From: Catajapyx aquilonaris
Lineage: Eukaryota
Length of the DNA: 20,000 nucleotides
Assembly: GCA_000934665.2 (NCBI GenBank)
Contig: KZ538513.1
Coordinates: 44,983 to 64,982, forward strand
Direction: 5' to 3'
The position numbers and the translations under genes were made by a program. How positions within the stretch are numbered: the stretch's first letter is position 1; each line of letters starts with the position of its first letter. Below the pieces are notes generated by a model. That model saw only the letters and a list, made by a program, of their open reading frames with translations, did no database searches and was not told the origin of the DNA. This document shows, piece after piece, positions 17,984 through 20,000 of the stretch.

Positions 17984-20000
17984 TCTTTGTGTATTAGAGG
18001 TAGTGTACTTGAGCAGTGTTGCCCTTTCGCAATGTCCACCTTGCAATAATTATTTGCGAAAAAAATGGCCCTGAAAATAAGCTTGCTTTTGACGTTAGCA
18101 GCTTGGTGGGTTCCTCTGTACTACTCTGTGTACACCGTGGCCTCATGACCATTTAGTAATATCCCCCCAGCAGGCTACTTAGACATGATTGGCCTCTCGA
18201 AGGGGGAAGGTATGCAATAAGTGCTGCAATGAGCCAAATGACCTTCAGTAAAACTGGTAATTGATGTCATTAACAATCTCGTTGAAGGTTGTTGCTTACA
18301 ATATCGTGTGTTGCAACATGCAGTTTGGACATGAGATTTTTTTTTTGCTATCCACCAAGAAATTGCAACGTGAGCTCTTATTGTGCGGAAAGAATGATGC
18401 ACACATTCGCGTACACCGCACTGCACGTAATTTGCTAATCTATTGCAAACATTATGTAAATTGTAATTCGTTCATTGCATGACCGGGAACTGTAATGACT
18501 GCAATTATTCGTCCCCGCTTTTCCAACTCTTCGCTGCCTGAAACTCGGTGCAGACCTTCTTGTACTTCGAGTGTAATGCAACATGTGGAGTACTTAGGAA
18601 CGATGTAATGTTTTCTGTGACAGGAGTGGATCATAAATCAGGTGCAGCACGCTGATCGGCCTAAGCAACGAAGGGCAATGGACACATCGAACGCAAGCAG
18701 GTTCTGACTTCAGTATGAAACGCTCATGTTAAATAAAAACGGCGGTGGGCTGGACGCACTCTGCTGAAGTCGTCAACAGTGTTACGGCTCGGAGCCAAAA
18801 AAAAATACCCCAAAAAATGCTTTCAACACATCATATTAGCACTGCAAAAATTGTACATATACTGTATAGTAATAAATACCGTCAAATAATTGCGTCCTTT
18901 AAAAAAAACAACTCGTCCCACAACATGACCCCAGACACACTCGCTTTACACTGCTTTTTTTTATTACATTTTTTTTTCTCTCTCATCTGAAACGCATTTG
19001 AGACGCTTTCTCTCTCTCTCTCTCTTTCAAAGTCTATACAAGATTTCCTTAAGACATGTTACATTGTTACAATTGGCTACAAACGTTGCCTCTCTCTTTC
19101 TCTTTAAAAATTCAATTTCTTTCCATTTCCCCCCCTCGCCCCCCCACACAATCCATCGCTTCTCACAAGTCGTATTATTTCGGGAGGATTTCCAGGACGG
19201 GGGGCGGGGCGGAAAGGGAAAGAAAAAAAAACTGGCGAAGGAAGGATTTTTTTTTCCCTGGGTGGGAGGCTTTTATCAGTTGCGCTGTAATAAATGCACT
19301 AGAAACTCGCTGGTGCACCAAATTTTGTTTTTAAAACACACGTATCTACACTCCCTTCTGCACATTAGAAGAGGTTCCCAAAAAAAAAACCTGCCTACAC
19401 CTGCCTACTCTTTAAAAAAAAAAAAAAAGAGAGCGTTAAAAAACCCTTTCCTCCGTGATAAAAAATCACAGTCTCCGTCCCGCAGGATGCGACGTAATTG
19501 ACGCTCATTCGTGCCCATTCCGATAGTCACTGGCAGGTTGCTATAAAAATGCGACAAATGTCCAACGAATTACGTCACAACCTACCTGCACGTTTAAAAA
19601 AAAAAAAAATCTGGGCGACAACTTTTCGGCACAGTTTATGGCGAATTAAAATCCCAAGGAATTGCGCCTACGTAGGAAATAAAAACGTTTTCCCAAAAAG
19701 TGGCAGCGGACTTCGCTTCTTCACAAGCAATTAAATAGTTGAAAGACTAAGATAAACACTTTCGTTTTTTTTTCTTCTTCTTTTCTTTTACGGAAGCAGT
19801 CGCGATTAAAATCTTTACACTCTATAAACTGCATATGGGCATTACTTCCACAATTGTTGTAATTATTTTTTTTTTGGCATTTTTCTTTTCAATTGGGGGG
19901 TTGGATACAGGGGCAAATGTTGGGAAGGGGGGAAATAAATTGCGGGGCGGGGGATTTTTTTTTTCCCCCTTTTCACGAATTACCAGACATATACAGGTCC

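Noticed and set aside
18745..20000. ORFs 18745-18990, 18998-19501, 19056-19334 and 19498-19734
   Set aside because: Low-complexity translations of poly-A/T and (CT)n tracts. The region looks regulatory or intronic (GC boxes near 19200 and 19943), but I cannot assign it to a gene or strand.

Overview
Gene-dense eukaryotic (most likely arthropod) genomic DNA with many 53-62 nt introns. Five protein-coding genes can be assembled by hand. (1) Mnt (Max-binding bHLH-ZIP repressor), + strand, with the first SID-encoding exon upstream of the window. (2) UQCR10/QCR9 (complex III subunit 9), - strand. (3) SH2B/Lnk adaptor, + strand, with an apparent GC-AG intron. (4) DCTN6 (dynactin p27), + strand. (5) A divergent MpaB/rubber-oxygenase-like (DUF2236) protein, - strand. 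The non-coding DNA is the more unusual part. One Mnt intron (1647-3316) holds a ~40-bp tandem array with a CTCF-like/E-box core (CAGATGGCGC), split by three foldback elements, one of them a TA-flanked 617-bp MITE built from two internal palindromes. Two copies of a tRNA-derived SINE lie in opposite orientation around the Pro/His-rich and bHLH exons. A CACGTG cluster sits in the next Mnt intron, Helitron-like inserts sit in the UQCR10 intron, and a tandem YY1-motif array precedes DCTN6. I see no CRISPR array, rRNA, true tRNA gene or autonomous transposase. All calls were made by eye; no searches were run.
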